NCBI GenBank assembly: GCA_964036045.1
Contig: OZ038378.1
Coordinates: forward strand, 1,116,001 to 1,180,000
Direction: 5' to 3'
Length of the DNA stretch: 64,000 nucleotides
DNA from: Eutreptiella sp. 'Long Island Sound 2002'
Taxonomy: Eukaryota > Protista > Euglenida
Position numbers and translations under genes: made by a program. Under the pieces are notes generated by a model, which had not been told where the DNA came from, ran no database searches, and saw nothing but the letters and a program-made list of their open reading frames with translations. Shown here one piece after another: positions 38,101-47,800 of the stretch. Numbering within the stretch: position 1 is the first letter of the stretch; the number at the start of each line of letters is the position of its first letter.

Positions 38101-38940
38101 GCCCTATCATGAGACCTCGCGACGTCCCCCAAACCCCCAACTCTGGCTCCGTAATACTGTACAAACATTGTCACGCCGCGCCACTGCTAGTTACACACCA
38201 ACAGACACGGTCGGACACGCATCAAACGCCGTCGGGTGCGCGCCAAGCGCCTTCGGTTGCACGACATCGGCTGTCATAGCGAGCGGTTGCTCACTAATGC
38301 ATCATAGGGGGAAAAAAATAGACACTCACAAAGTGTGCCACCGTTGTCGGCGATGGACCATCGGTCAAGGGACGGAGGCAATGGTGAGATTTTGGACATA
38401 CCAAAAATTTGTTGCACACGGCCATCCCGGATGCAGTTTCTTGATTGTTCACTTGGTCTTTCAAGGGCTCGACGACAAGCCTATTGTACTTTAGCTGTGG
38501 AGGTTCTGTGGGTAGGTAGGAGGTTCCATGTGCGAGTCAACCAACGCCAGTGCACAGTGACCTCGCCTTGCGCACCACCAACACTTCAAGCGTCGCATGA
38601 AAGTGGTGGTGCTTTCGGGGACTCACCCGAGGCCATCCTCGTTGAAACGAAAAACGAGCGCCCGACAATGGATACCTTCTTCCTCTTCCTCCTCCTCCTC
38701 CTCCTCATCATCGTCATCGTCATCGTCATCATCGTCATCGTCGTCGTCATCGTCGTCCTCCTCCTCGTCCTCCTCCTCGTCATCTTCGTCCGATGCCAAA
38801 TGGCGTCGGTGCATCTTGAGGAGGGCCGAGGACGCCTGCGCGCAAATGGATGCAAATCATGCATGCGCCATTCAAAATCCCTTACTTACGCCGGCGATGG
38901 CCCCAAAGTCTACTTGTTCCTCAACATTGACGGAAAGCAT
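1134..38940 (-). CDS. VPS41: Vacuolar protein sorting 41 (HOPS subunit): acidic N-terminus, WD40 propeller, clathrin-repeat region, C-terminal RING-H2; 26 exons, about 974 aa
   Basis: Hand-built GT-AG model with consistent phases, 2925 nt. Exons 5' to 3': 38940-38890, 38835-38676, 38505-38402, 38009-37948, 37786-37707, 37407-37249, 35659-35567, 34548-34467, 34345-34255, 31671-31468, 29381-29302, 28764-28705, 25659-25570, 24800-24723, 22959-22845, 21311-21209, 17388-17269, 16366-16258, 14490-14433, 11787-11654, 11333-11087, 7688-7520, 7009-6913, 5930-5818, 3580-3458, 1276-1134. Translations follow Vps41 colinearly: [140 protein letters not shown]. The first exon/start codon and last exon are the least certain parts. 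Confidence 0.93.
1336..1560. repeat. 10-bp purine-rich minisatellite (GTGGAGGGGT / GTGCAGGGGT variants)
   Basis: About 22 degenerate tandem 10-mers read directly; explains the low-complexity ORFs here. Confidence 0.9.
2063..2220. repeat. (TG)n/(CG)n compound microsatellite
   Basis: Direct reading; shorter TG tracts at about 2450-2470 and 2645-2668. Confidence 0.95.
4026..4988. repeat. Recent tandem duplication, 482-bp unit x2, in a VPS41 intron
   Basis: AGTGCAGATTTGTGGGGGCTG starts at 4026 and at 4508; the two units differ by only scattered substitutions. Confidence 0.95.
8267..14160. repeat. Composite interspersed repeat family, multiple degenerate modules in VPS41 introns
   Basis: Recurrent modules: AATTCTATTGCCTTCGGCAAG-N-ACCTCGNAGAGA (8267, 9156, 9411, 13062, also 54121); GGGTATGCT..CCCCCAAAAGGGGG (about 8740, 9958, 13733, 14113); GGTGCTACATGG (about 9311, 10320, 12757, 13218). 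Confidence 0.75.
14857..14900. repeat. (TTTA)n microsatellite
   Basis: Direct reading. Confidence 0.9.
15727..16133. mobile_element. MITE-like element with 15-bp TIRs
   Basis: Left end GCCGAGGAAGTATCC (15727-15741) versus right end GGATACTTCCTAGGC (16119-16133), 14/15 complementary. Internal GAAAATGGGG-type minisatellite and TATCCGGA subrepeats. Confidence 0.7.
16451..16702. repeat. 21-bp minisatellite x12 (GATGGCGGTTGGTGGGTAACC)
   Basis: 12 head-to-tail units without spacers; related GGCGGTTGGT arrays at about 3266-3400, 28420-28530 and 30835-30975. Confidence 0.95.
19705..20518. mobile_element. Non-autonomous TIR DNA element with TA target-site duplication (Tc1/mariner-type signature)
   Basis: Perfect 25-bp TIRs: C12-GTGTCCAAGAACC (19705-19729) and GGTTCTTGGACAC-G12 (20494-20518). 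TA on both sides (19703-04, 20519-20). Three subterminal copies of TTGACCGCGGAACCAGGGG..GGTTCTTGCGCA. Confidence 0.8.
22521..22665. repeat. 9-10-bp minisatellite (CCAAGTCCC/T)
   Basis: Direct reading. Confidence 0.9.
23261..25201 (+). repeat. Dispersed repeat of about 110 bp, copies at 23261-23367 and 25084-25201 (partial copy near 18305)
   Basis: GGCATCGAGACTCCCG..CCAACCATTTGAAGAAGCCGGCGTG..CCCAGCGACGGGATCT..ACACGGCAAAAC..GCGTACGCTGGGGG shared between copies in adjacent introns. Confidence 0.85.
24363..24575 (-). mobile_element. SINE-like insert of about 210 bp; second copy at 61530-61728
   Basis: Reverse complement matches 61530-61728 along its length. Flanked by direct repeats AAGCCCAGAAAGCA-(G)n at 24338-24362 and 24576-24604. 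Confidence 0.75.
26711..26862. repeat. 76-bp tandem duplication x2
   Basis: TGTGGTTTTTCAT..GGGTGTTGC at 26711 and 26787, one mismatch. Confidence 0.95.
31770..32175 (-). repeat. Interspersed repeat, split copy of the family also present at 59428-59586 (+)
   Basis: 32080-32175 and 31770-31822 match consecutive parts of 59428-59586 in reverse complement, separated by about 260 bp of other sequence. Confidence 0.7.
37106..37217. repeat. 10-bp minisatellite that switches orientation (CACCTCGAAG x~6 then CTTCGAGGTG x~3)
   Basis: The second half is the reverse complement of the first-half unit. Confidence 0.9.
38311..38336 (-). other. Spliced-leader relic (euglenid SL-like)
   Basis: Minus strand ACACTTTGTGAGTGTCTATTTTTTTC versus recalled SL ACACTTTCTGAGTGTCTATTTTTTTTCG: one internal substitution, one T fewer, terminal G absent. 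Not followed by GT, so not an SL RNA gene. Confidence 0.75.
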
Positions 38941-39999
38941 GTGCTCGCTTGCCTTGATGACCAGTTCTACACGAACAAGGGTAACACCTAGTTTTTCTCA
39001 CCGCGTCTACTGTGGCACGGTGTGGATGCCTAGGGTTAGACCATGGACACGTTCCGTGTTCCGAAGCCAAAACACATACGCTTACGTTGGGAATTACAAT
39101 CCGAAACACTGCGAGAGAGCACAAGGCAAAACACATTCGCAAACGGCCGTAACCTATAGGTGCGTGCATTAAGGGAAGTGAGAAGGTTGGTTTCATGGGG
39201 CAAGTCCTTTTGAAATTTCAATTTGCCTACCATCCGCTCAGGCCGAGGTTTCTTTTGCTTTGCCAACACATGTATGGGTGCATCATGGTTTGTTGTGCAA
39301 CGTGGTTGCGCCGGTAAGTCCTCTAGGTGAGGCCCGCATTGGAGCTTCCCTTGATCCAACTTCCATTCGGCAATGTCAAGTGGTGCGTGTGAAATACTAC
39401 AGGACCAAAGCTCCACCGTCTTTGCATTCCTTGGCTCATTAGTTATCCAAGTTCAAAATTTCAATGAACCATCGGATGCACGGGGGTGGGTCCATAGAAA
39501 GGGTTGGAAAGGGCGACACTACAGGTGCTACCCCCATAGCTCCGGGTGCTAGGGATTAAGCGGTCCAAAATCTTAGAAGAAACTTTTCAAGGTATCCGTG
39601 TCTTCCTAACCATGTGATCGTCGTTTTCTTTTGGCGGGACAACTCATAGCCGCACGCATTGCGTCCCGGTTTTGGAGGTTCGCGTCATGCAAGAAATGTG
39701 CACAATTCACCACATTTCTATCCCGTCGCTCACCCCTAAACTAGGTGTCGGAGAATCAATATCAAGGTGGCATATTCGGGTGAAGACTAGTTTTCCATGC
39801 CATTCACAACCCTAAATGGCCGCATGTAGCCACTCCATAACGCGGACGAAGTCAACCGGCCCACCATGTTTTTTTAACGTATACCCCTGGAGGTCTTTTT
39901 GGTTGTACGATTCACCCTTTGACAATAGCTAACTTATTGCAACGTAAAGGGTGCTTGGGAGATTCATACGTGGGATTGTAAAATGGGTAACCCATGTGT

Positions 40000-42292
40000 G
40001 AAACAGTCAGCAACCTTAGCCTCAGTTCATCGCTAGTTGTGCCACACTGGGAGGCAAAACATCAGGATTTGTCTTGCATATTCTATCCAAACGCATATTT
40101 TGGCAAGCGTCAACAACAACGTTTCAAAAACGTCCCCCATCCATTCATCTCCCCATCGGCTTCCTACCGGCGCTGCCACGCTTGTCAACTCGGGTATGCA
40201 CAGTTCCACAACTTTTTCCATGTTGAAACAATGTGGGTAATCACATGCGCAAAAGAAGGACAATTCTCACACTTTGGCGTGCACTGTAAATTGACATAAT
40301 TCCCAAATCCCACAAGCACTCAACAGCGGAACATTGTCATTACCATTAGCTCTCGAGTGCACGATGGCATAGTGTGTGCATGCACACGAGCACATTGTTG
40401 CAACACTATCCGTACATGTGGGGTCTCAATATTGATCATGCGACAGTACTGACATGGTAATGATTTTTTTCCACCACCTTAGCACCACATATGCATGTGC
40501 CCCACTTCACAAAATGCATGGCTGAAGCAATGACATTAAGAGCACGCGTTTTTGACAGCGCACCGATTTTTGCGTTGGGCTGTGGGATTGGATGCCAACA
40601 ACACCCTTACATGGTGGTAATACCAAGCCCTAATGTGCAACCGCAACGCCTAGAACACCATCAAACAATTTGCAAACAACAAAACGTGATCTACAAGTTG
40701 GGATTAAAATTCACACAAGGCTCCTTTTTTTTGTTGCCGGTAGCAAGAAGCGTATTCTAGTGGCCCTGGAGTTCTGCACTAGTAGTGTCACTAGTAGGGA
40801 TTGATGATGGGAAGTTGCTTGAATGTGCTGACAAACATGTCAATCATCTCTTGACGAGGACCCGCAAGCCTTTTTGCGGTTTCAATCAATAGACACAGGA
40901 AGTGAATCAGGCATCCAACAAAGAGCTTGTCTGCGAATGCCTTGATTTCATCCTCGGACCAATCCGGGAGAAACTCCCGCAACGCCCCATAGAGACCTTT
41001 ACATTGTGCCTGCGAGAAGTCCAAAACCAGGGCTGCCCAGTTTGCTAGGCTCCAGGACGGCTTCCAAAAATACAGGAAGGCGAATTTGCGGTAGCATCCG
41101 AACCACTTCTCATTATTGAAGACCACAACGTTCAATAGCCGGCGCTTTGTGAATGGTGTTCATGGGGAGGACATTAAAAGGTGCCGTAGACGCCTCATCC
41201 TCAAGGGGATGCAAACGGGTAGCGGAGGTTCGGGATGCAACTTGCACATGCTGCGGGCTAGCAATGGGCCCAGGGGCATGGGCAGAGGCGGGCAAGGTGT
41301 TGGAGGGTGCCACGGGTGCAACCGTGCTTGGTGTGCCGCAGTTTGGAAGAAGTGAATGCATAATCCGGCGGTCATGTGGCGGAGCTTGGTTATTGCTGCA
41401 CGGGAGTTCCATAGATGCCGATGAGGTGGCTGCACGTTTATCCGCGACGGGTACCATACCCAGCTTCGTCCCCGAGCACCAGACCCCAGCGGACGTCCCG
41501 TCACCTTCGAGTTCACGGCCGGCGATGTGGACTCGGACGACGAGGGTGAGGACGACGACTTCACCGCTGAGAAGATGCTGGCGGACAAGCCAGACCCGGG
41601 GACGCCTGGGAGTGGCACACCCATGGGCGATGACACACAGGGAACCACATTTGGGGCTGTTAACGCGGCGGTAGGCCCGTCATCACAGGATGTGTGTACC
41701 GGAGTGTACGGTTGTATCCTCACACAAACTCATGGTCCCAGTGCACCACATCGCCTCAAACATAGTTCCATCCGCTGCAAGTTTGAGCATATCATCAGTG
41801 CAAAAGCAAGGGCGCTCAGGATCTGTTGAATGGACATAATTCTTCATGGCCGTCTGGGAGATGCTCAACATCTCCCAGAGGTAGTTTTCGAGCAGCCTAC
41901 GAGCAGTCCGATAGTCGTCCTTCTGGATGTTCATGGCCCTCTCTTTAAGGTGCTGTATCCTTGGGATTGTGCCATATGCTGCACACGATGTCACTTGGGG
42001 TGCTAAAGTACTGGCAAGACTCGTCAGCGGGCAGGACAAAGCAACAAAGCGGCGTTAGCCCATGCGTTTTTCTTTGCAGCTGTTCCGCCACTCTCAGCTT
42101 ACACCTGAGGGCCTCGTAAGGCGTGAACGCTGGGTTCGTTGTGAACCATTCCATGATCTTTTCTTCAAGCTCAGGATTGCCCCTGAACGATTGAATTGCC
42201 ACATGACTGTGGCTATCCCATGCTGTTGCACCTGCAGTCTTGCATGGAACGATATCAAGAGTGTCACGGCGGATGGTTGCTAAAAGCCTCAT
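40000..42292 (-). pseudogene. Degenerate Mutator/MULE-like DDE transposase
   Basis: 40791-41135 encodes LVLDFSQAQCKGLYGAL..GCLIHF, resembling the MULE second-Asp plus CxxH segment. Upstream coding-like pieces at 41683-42292. Stops and an insertion break the frame; no TIRs found. Confidence 0.5.
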
Positions 42293-42788
42293 GGGATTTT
42301 CGGGATCTGGATCAGCATCTCTGATCTCTTCCTTTGTTTTTGGCTCCTCCGCAACTGGAAAGAGGTGAAACCAACGGACATCACATTTTGCGGAAATCAG
42401 CTCACCATGGTCGCTGTCTCATATGCACTCATATGCACGCGCGCTTGCTGCTAGGCCCCCGACACAGGACAGGGGACGAGAGGAAGGCGAGGACGAAGCA
42501 CAGGACGCCAGTGATGCGATGAATGAATGAATTCATGAAAATTTGTTTTTAGCCCCAGATGGATGCCATAAGTGGTATATCTGTCTATGGGACTGCTGCG
42601 ATGAATTGACTATCCTGGACTGTAGGGAGCCAAGTGCAGGAATGTCATATCATGCACTGAGGTAATGCTGAAGTAATCCCAATATTTCACCGAAAGGGGC
42701 TAATTATCTTCCCTTTTTGCCAGGTCCTTTATTTTCCTTCCGTCTGACGCGAGGATTGGTCGTGCGAGGGTCATGAGGTTTTGAGATG

Positions 42789-42809
42789 TTCTGAATGTCT
42801 ATTTTTTCG
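42789..42809 (+). other. Spliced-leader relic upstream of RT1
   Basis: TTCTGAATGTCTATTTTTTCG followed immediately by ATG (42810); one substitution and 6 instead of 8 T relative to the recalled SL. Confidence 0.65.
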
Positions 42810-42873
42810 ATGGACTTGGTGCAAGCCTGGGTTGGGATTCAAATGAAACACACACATGCGCAACTAGGGTGAT

Positions 42874-44106
42874 TTGCCAAATGCATGGCGATTTTGGCCC
42901 ATCTTGATCCTGATGGAATATGCAGCCCCCAAATGGCTGCATCGATACCTACTAGCGGTCATCCGACCCGTTGCGAAGTGGCGGGGCTGCATGGAGGATA
43001 CGCTGGCTAAGGCGGCGACAGCCTGCAATTGTGCACACCGCCCGGCGGGAGTGCCACGTATGGACGGTTGTTGTATTTCACGGAATCCAGCGCTTGCGCA
43101 CTTGTACTTTGTACAGTACTTTGCTGACGCACAGCAACAATTGCAGCGCATGTTCCCCTCAGGCATCCCAGCGAGCACCCAATTGTGGGAGCTCGATGTC
43201 GCAGATATGTTCCCATCCCTCCCCACCCGCCAGGTGTATAACGCAGTGAAATCCATATGCCGTGCTATCAGGAAAATACAGCAGAAACGCACACAGTCAG
43301 GTGGCCTATGGTTCGCCGTACATCACAGTGTGCGGTGGCTGGACAGAATGGGACAGGGAACGTCGAAGGATTTTACCAATGTGTCAGAAACTGAATTGTT
43401 GGCCTTCCTACGGTTCGAACTTTTCCAAAACACAGTCTTTATTGTTGGATCCAGAGTATACAGACAAATCCGTGGTGTCGCCATTGGCGGCACAGCCTCA
43501 GCTCAGAACGCATCACTATACTGCATGTGGCGTGAACACCAGGCGTTAAAATGGCCCAAACGATATCGAAAACGCGTGTGCAAGCATATCCCTGAGCACA
43601 TGTTGCCTCTACTTCCATACAGGTACCGTGACAATATTGTAGGACTTCTGATCTCTATGCCAGGTTATACTATCGAAAATATAAAGAAATTATTTCAGGA
43701 CGTGTATTCCCTCACCCTGCAAGTGGAAGCGGTGGGCCATGTGCTCACAACGCTGGAATCTATGGTAACCCTCCATCCGGGCACACACAATATTTCCCTG
43801 CACTGGAAGCACACAAACCCACCAATGCCACACCCCTGTCAGTCCGTTATCCGATTCATTGATGCATGCTCTGTGAACTGCCGATCTGTCCTGCAAGGTA
43901 TGATCCCCAGCATGATCGGAAAATGTCTGTACTATGCCCATGACACACAGGCCTGCCATGTTAACTGTGTCCATCTCATTCAAGAACTGCAGGCTCGAAA
44001 TTACCCACAGCAGTGGTGGATGCCAGTGTTACGTGGTAGACTAACAGGGAAGGGTGTCTCCGCGAATGTTATACGACATATTGTCAGCCAAGCGACGGTC
44101 AAGTGA
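42874..44106 (+). CDS. RT1: Penelope-like reverse transcriptase, uninterrupted ORF, no endonuclease seen
   Basis: First in-frame ATG at 42913. Motifs YAAPKWLH..IRPV, WELDVADMFPSLP, QIRGVAIGGTASAQ, YRYRDNI (YRDN at 43624-43635) and thumb RFIDACS..ELQARNYPQQWW. Confidence 0.85.
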   Translation: MPNAWRFWPILILMEYAAPKWLHRYLLAVIRPVAKWRGCMEDTLAKAATACNCAHRPAGVPRMDGCCISRNPALAHLYFVQYFADAQQQLQRMFPSGIPASTQLWELDVADMFPSLPTRQVYNAVKSICRAIRKIQQKRTQSGGLWFAVHHSVRWLDRMGQGTSKDFTNVSETELLAFLRFELFQNTVFIVGSRVYRQIRGVAIGGTASAQNASLYCMWREHQALKWPKRYRKRVCKHIPEHMLPLLPYRYRDNIVGLLISMPGYTIENIKKLFQDVYSLTLQVEAVGHVLTTLESMVTLHPGTHNISLHWKHTNPPMPHPCQSVIRFIDACSVNCRSVLQGMIPSMIGKCLYYAHDTQACHVNCVHLIQELQARNYPQQWWMPVLRGRLTGKGVSANVIRHIVSQATVK

Positions 44107-44652
44107 TCAGGTGGCACACACAAGCACAGCCCGTCTGCACTGCACTCCACAGTACAGACACACAGACCGATACTCCTGCACATGATTGTCAGTGAGGTGC
44201 ACATGCACACAGCAACCAGCGTTAGCTGGATTTCTCCATGATACAGCCACATGTGACGAAAAGCCACACGCAACAAACACTCTGGGCCCACCTCCGGGTG
44301 GGCCAGTTAGTGGCAAGTTGTATTACATTTGCTCTTCAGGCTTTTGTTTCATGGTCCATTGCTCGCGCCGTGTTCCGTGGAACTTACACTGAGGAGACAC
44401 TGTGGTTTTGGTGAAGATTAAGTTCAATAAAAAAAGCTTGCGCACTTGCGCCTGTTGTCTGGTGAGCACGCATCAGTATTGATGTAGAACCTGGATAATT
44501 CTACAGCAGCAGACTGGGCCACAACCACAGACACTGTTGACCAATTTGCTAAGCAGTTGGCCCGGTCCTTCCCCCGAGGGATGGGGCCATCACCGTAGAT
44601 TGTTGCGGAGTCTGTTATTAATAAGCTAACCCTGCGACCTGAGTTCCAGAAG

Positions 44653-46566
44653 TTGGAGGGCTCATTGCCACCCCACCTTACAGGGAAAGCATTGAAAAAA
44701 TTCAGGAAAGCATTTCCACACTGGAAAGTGACACCATTGGATAAAAATGGGGGGATGGCGATTGCCACGTGCGGCAAGCTGTATTGGACAAAAACACTCA
44801 TGGCCTTTAAAGATGATGCCCAATTTGAAGAATTGTGTGTCGAAAAGCACCACGACACAGCCAATGAAGTAGCGCTACAGAAATCGGTTGATGCAGCCCA
44901 GGAGAAAGGCCTGGCACAATTCTGGCGGGAAACAGCAAAGCCAAATGCGTTGTCACCGTAACTGAAAACAGCTACAGTGCACATGCACTGTTTTGAAATG
45001 GTGGACATGTTCGGTACACCCTGCCAGTTTACAAAAACTGTCGGGCACACACCGCTGTCCCCCACACTGCAATCCCACGCCTACCACCTGCACACTCACC
45101 ACCCGGCTTCACGCGCGCTCAAAAATCGTGTGTCTACGCTGATCACAGCGCAGTGTAAAAAACTGACCTCCCGGCGGCCGGACATGGCCGACCAAACCAC
45201 CCGCATAGCATTCGCCACACACGACATGCTTCCCACGCGAATACTCAAGCAACGCGCACGCACACAAACCCCAGCGGGCAGCCCCATTCCCCTGGGTGCC
45301 CACGACCCACCTGATCCTGCCCAGCCCCCAACACAGTCGTGTACACACGCGCTCTGCCGCCAGCCACCATTTTCGAAGCCTCTCCCCACACCCAAGTGCC
45401 GCCGTATCTTGCCTAAGCACAAGTGGCGTGAAGACGTACCCGGCTCTAAAATCAAAATTCGTGAAATTATAGACCACGGCACCCAGCCGTTCAAAGCCCT
45501 CTGCCATACACTAGGTCGCAGCCTCACATTGCTCTGGAAACACGCCTGCTCTAAGCCCAGTGCCTTGGAGTCTATATCTATGAGGGATCTGCAGGGTTTC
45601 GTCAACAATCTCTCGCGCACGCCCGTCTCCAAAAACGCCAACTGGGTCGAACTCGACCTAGTTGAAATGTTTCCGAACATCCCCAGAGACAAAGTGGTCA
45701 CCGCTGTAGAGTTTTTCTGGAAACTCCTGTGCCGTGACAAACAGCTGCCCCCCAAAACTGCAGGTTTTAAAATACATAAACCTGGTGTACGAACCATAGA
45801 TGCTGTAGTCGCCTCCGGTAACCCCGACTCCACCTTCCATTTTGTGCCTTTCAGTGACCTCATGCTGTTGCTTAAGTGGGATCTGTTTTTTAATGATAGG
45901 TTTGTCCACTTTACCAGCGTGTTCCGGCAAACTACTGGGACCGCGATCGGTGGTGCCACTTCGGCACAAACGTCGTCACTCACCCTGCTGTACATGGAAG
46001 AATCCCTGAACAGGGTCGGTCTACCACCGTGCTTTCGTTATAGAGATAATTTCCTCCTGCTCATAGACCCCTCTCCACCCTTGCGCTCCCCATGCTTGAG
46101 TCTGCCTGAAGTCCAGGACCGACTAGCGACCTGCCTCGGTATGGAACTCACTGTTGAAGGGCAGAGTCGAACCTTGAGCTTCTTGGAGTCACAGGTGTCT
46201 TTCTGTGAGGGCAAACCGTGTATCCAGGTAAAAACACCCTCTTTCTCTGGGGCACCTGGGGACCCAATCACGCCTGCACATAAACGCCCGATTGACCACC
46301 ACAGCCCAAACGCACAGGCCATGCTCCGATCTCTGGTTCCTAACCTGGTTGCCAAGTGCCTGCACTATAGGTCAAGTCATGCCTCCCATTCCTTCACACT
46401 GAATGTATGCAAGGTTGCCCGAACCCTTCTCTCAAAAAGCTACCCTGTGACCTGGTGGAAACCTTTGCTGTTACGTAAAGCTAGCACCATGGGGCTTGAA
46501 AGCGAGGCCCTCACCGGCCTCCAACTGTCTCAGGCCGGATTCACATGCTTTGACGAGGTAGAATAA
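44653..46566 (+). mobile_element. RT2: Penelope-like reverse transcriptase; N-terminal DK segment separated from the 529-codon RT ORF by an in-frame stop
   Basis: PLDKNGGMAI..LYW (DK at 44740), stop at 44959-61, then in the same frame LPKHKW..KIREII, VELDLVEMFPNIP, QTTGTAIGGATSAQ, FRYRDNF (46039-46050), thumb ..LLSKSYPVTWW. Confidence 0.85.
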
Positions 46567-46959
46567 CGGTAACCAAGGCCCGGTCAAACAATGGTTTGTT
46601 AATTAATGAGTGTGACAGGGTAGCCCCAGATCCAGCCCACGACCAGCTGTAGGTTCACTGCACGCCTGTGAATGGCCCGGTCTGCCCAGCGCTGCCCAGC
46701 TTACCCTACTCTCTACAGAAAGGATTGCCTTGTGTTGTTCTTCTTTTGTGCCGCCACACCTGCTTGTGCTCTGCACCCGGGAAAACAACCAGCACCTGAC
46801 GAAGTAGAGAGTAGTCCAGTGGATCGAGACCCAAGTCCCCATCCTTCGGATAATTAAAAAGATTTTCAAATCAGAGATGTGTCATGAATGAAGAAGTATG
46901 CAGAACAGGTGTAGGAATCGCTGTACAATATCAGGCAGTCAGGTGAAGAACCACAGGGC

Positions 46960-47800
46960 ATAGGACCAGGAGGTTTCAAGTTGTGGGAATTGGATGTAGT
47001 GGAAATGTTCCCGCGCCTTGACAGACAAAAGGTGCTGGACGCGCTGAAAGCGATCCACAAATTGGTGGGGGAGGCCCGGAAGGTTAGGGGAAAAAACCCC
47101 CAATGCTCGTTTGCCCTGCATCACTGTGACCGCAGACTGGACAGAATGGGGCAGGGGAGTGCGCGCCGATTACTAATTTGCGTTTTGAGGATATTTTGGC
47201 GTACGTCGAGTACGAACTTTTCAGCAACGACGTCCTTGTTGCTTGCACCAGGGTACTGCGACAACGTAGGGGGGTGGCGATCGGGGGCACATGTAGTGCT
47301 CAGTTGGCTTGCCTCTACTGCATGTATCAAGAACACGAATGGTATAAAGGAGGATATATGTCATATGTGGATAGAGTATGGGCATGGATGCACCCCTATA
47401 CCCCTATATCCTTTCAGGTTCAGGGACAACATCGTAGGGGTAGGGTGGGGGGACGTAACCCTGCAGGCCAGCCAGGGCTACTTCAGTGAAGTGTAGGACC
47501 TGGAGTTACACATGGAAGGATCAGGTATGTTGACTGGTACAGCACCAACGCCAGAGCAGTGCTGCAGAGTTTGGTGCCAGCACTGGTTGGTAAATGTGTA
47601 TATTCTGCACTGTCCGGGCCCAGGATGATATAGCTGCCAATGTCCGAGGGGTTATGAGGGAAATGTTGAGGAAAGGATACCCGGACAGTTGGTGGGTGCC
47701 GAAGTTGAGATATGGTCTTTGTCGGCAGGGAGTACCGGACAAATTGGTGCGTGAAGAGTCGACACTCACACACACACAGCACACAGGGTGTAGGTCATAG
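46960..47800 (+). pseudogene. RT3: frameshifted, 5'-truncated Penelope-like reverse transcriptase
   Basis: WELDVVEMFPRL (46981 frame), QRRGVAIGGTCSAQLACLY (47178 frame), FRFRDNI (47419-47430), MLRKGYPDSWW (47594 frame). At least three frame changes and a deletion before the thumb. Confidence 0.8.

Noticed and set aside
44310-44392. GKLYYICS as a GIY-YIG start upstream of RT2
   Set aside because: No YIG/YVG, Arg or Glu motifs follow in frame.
44424-45995. Long antisense ORFs (213 and 299 aa) over RT2
   Set aside because: Explainable as shadows of the sense-strand codon bias; no recognisable motifs.
46796-46837. Hammerhead ribozyme candidate (CTGACGA..GAGAC-CCAA-GTC) after RT2
   Set aside because: GAAA core is mutated and stems I and II do not pair by eye; an Infernal search would be decisive.
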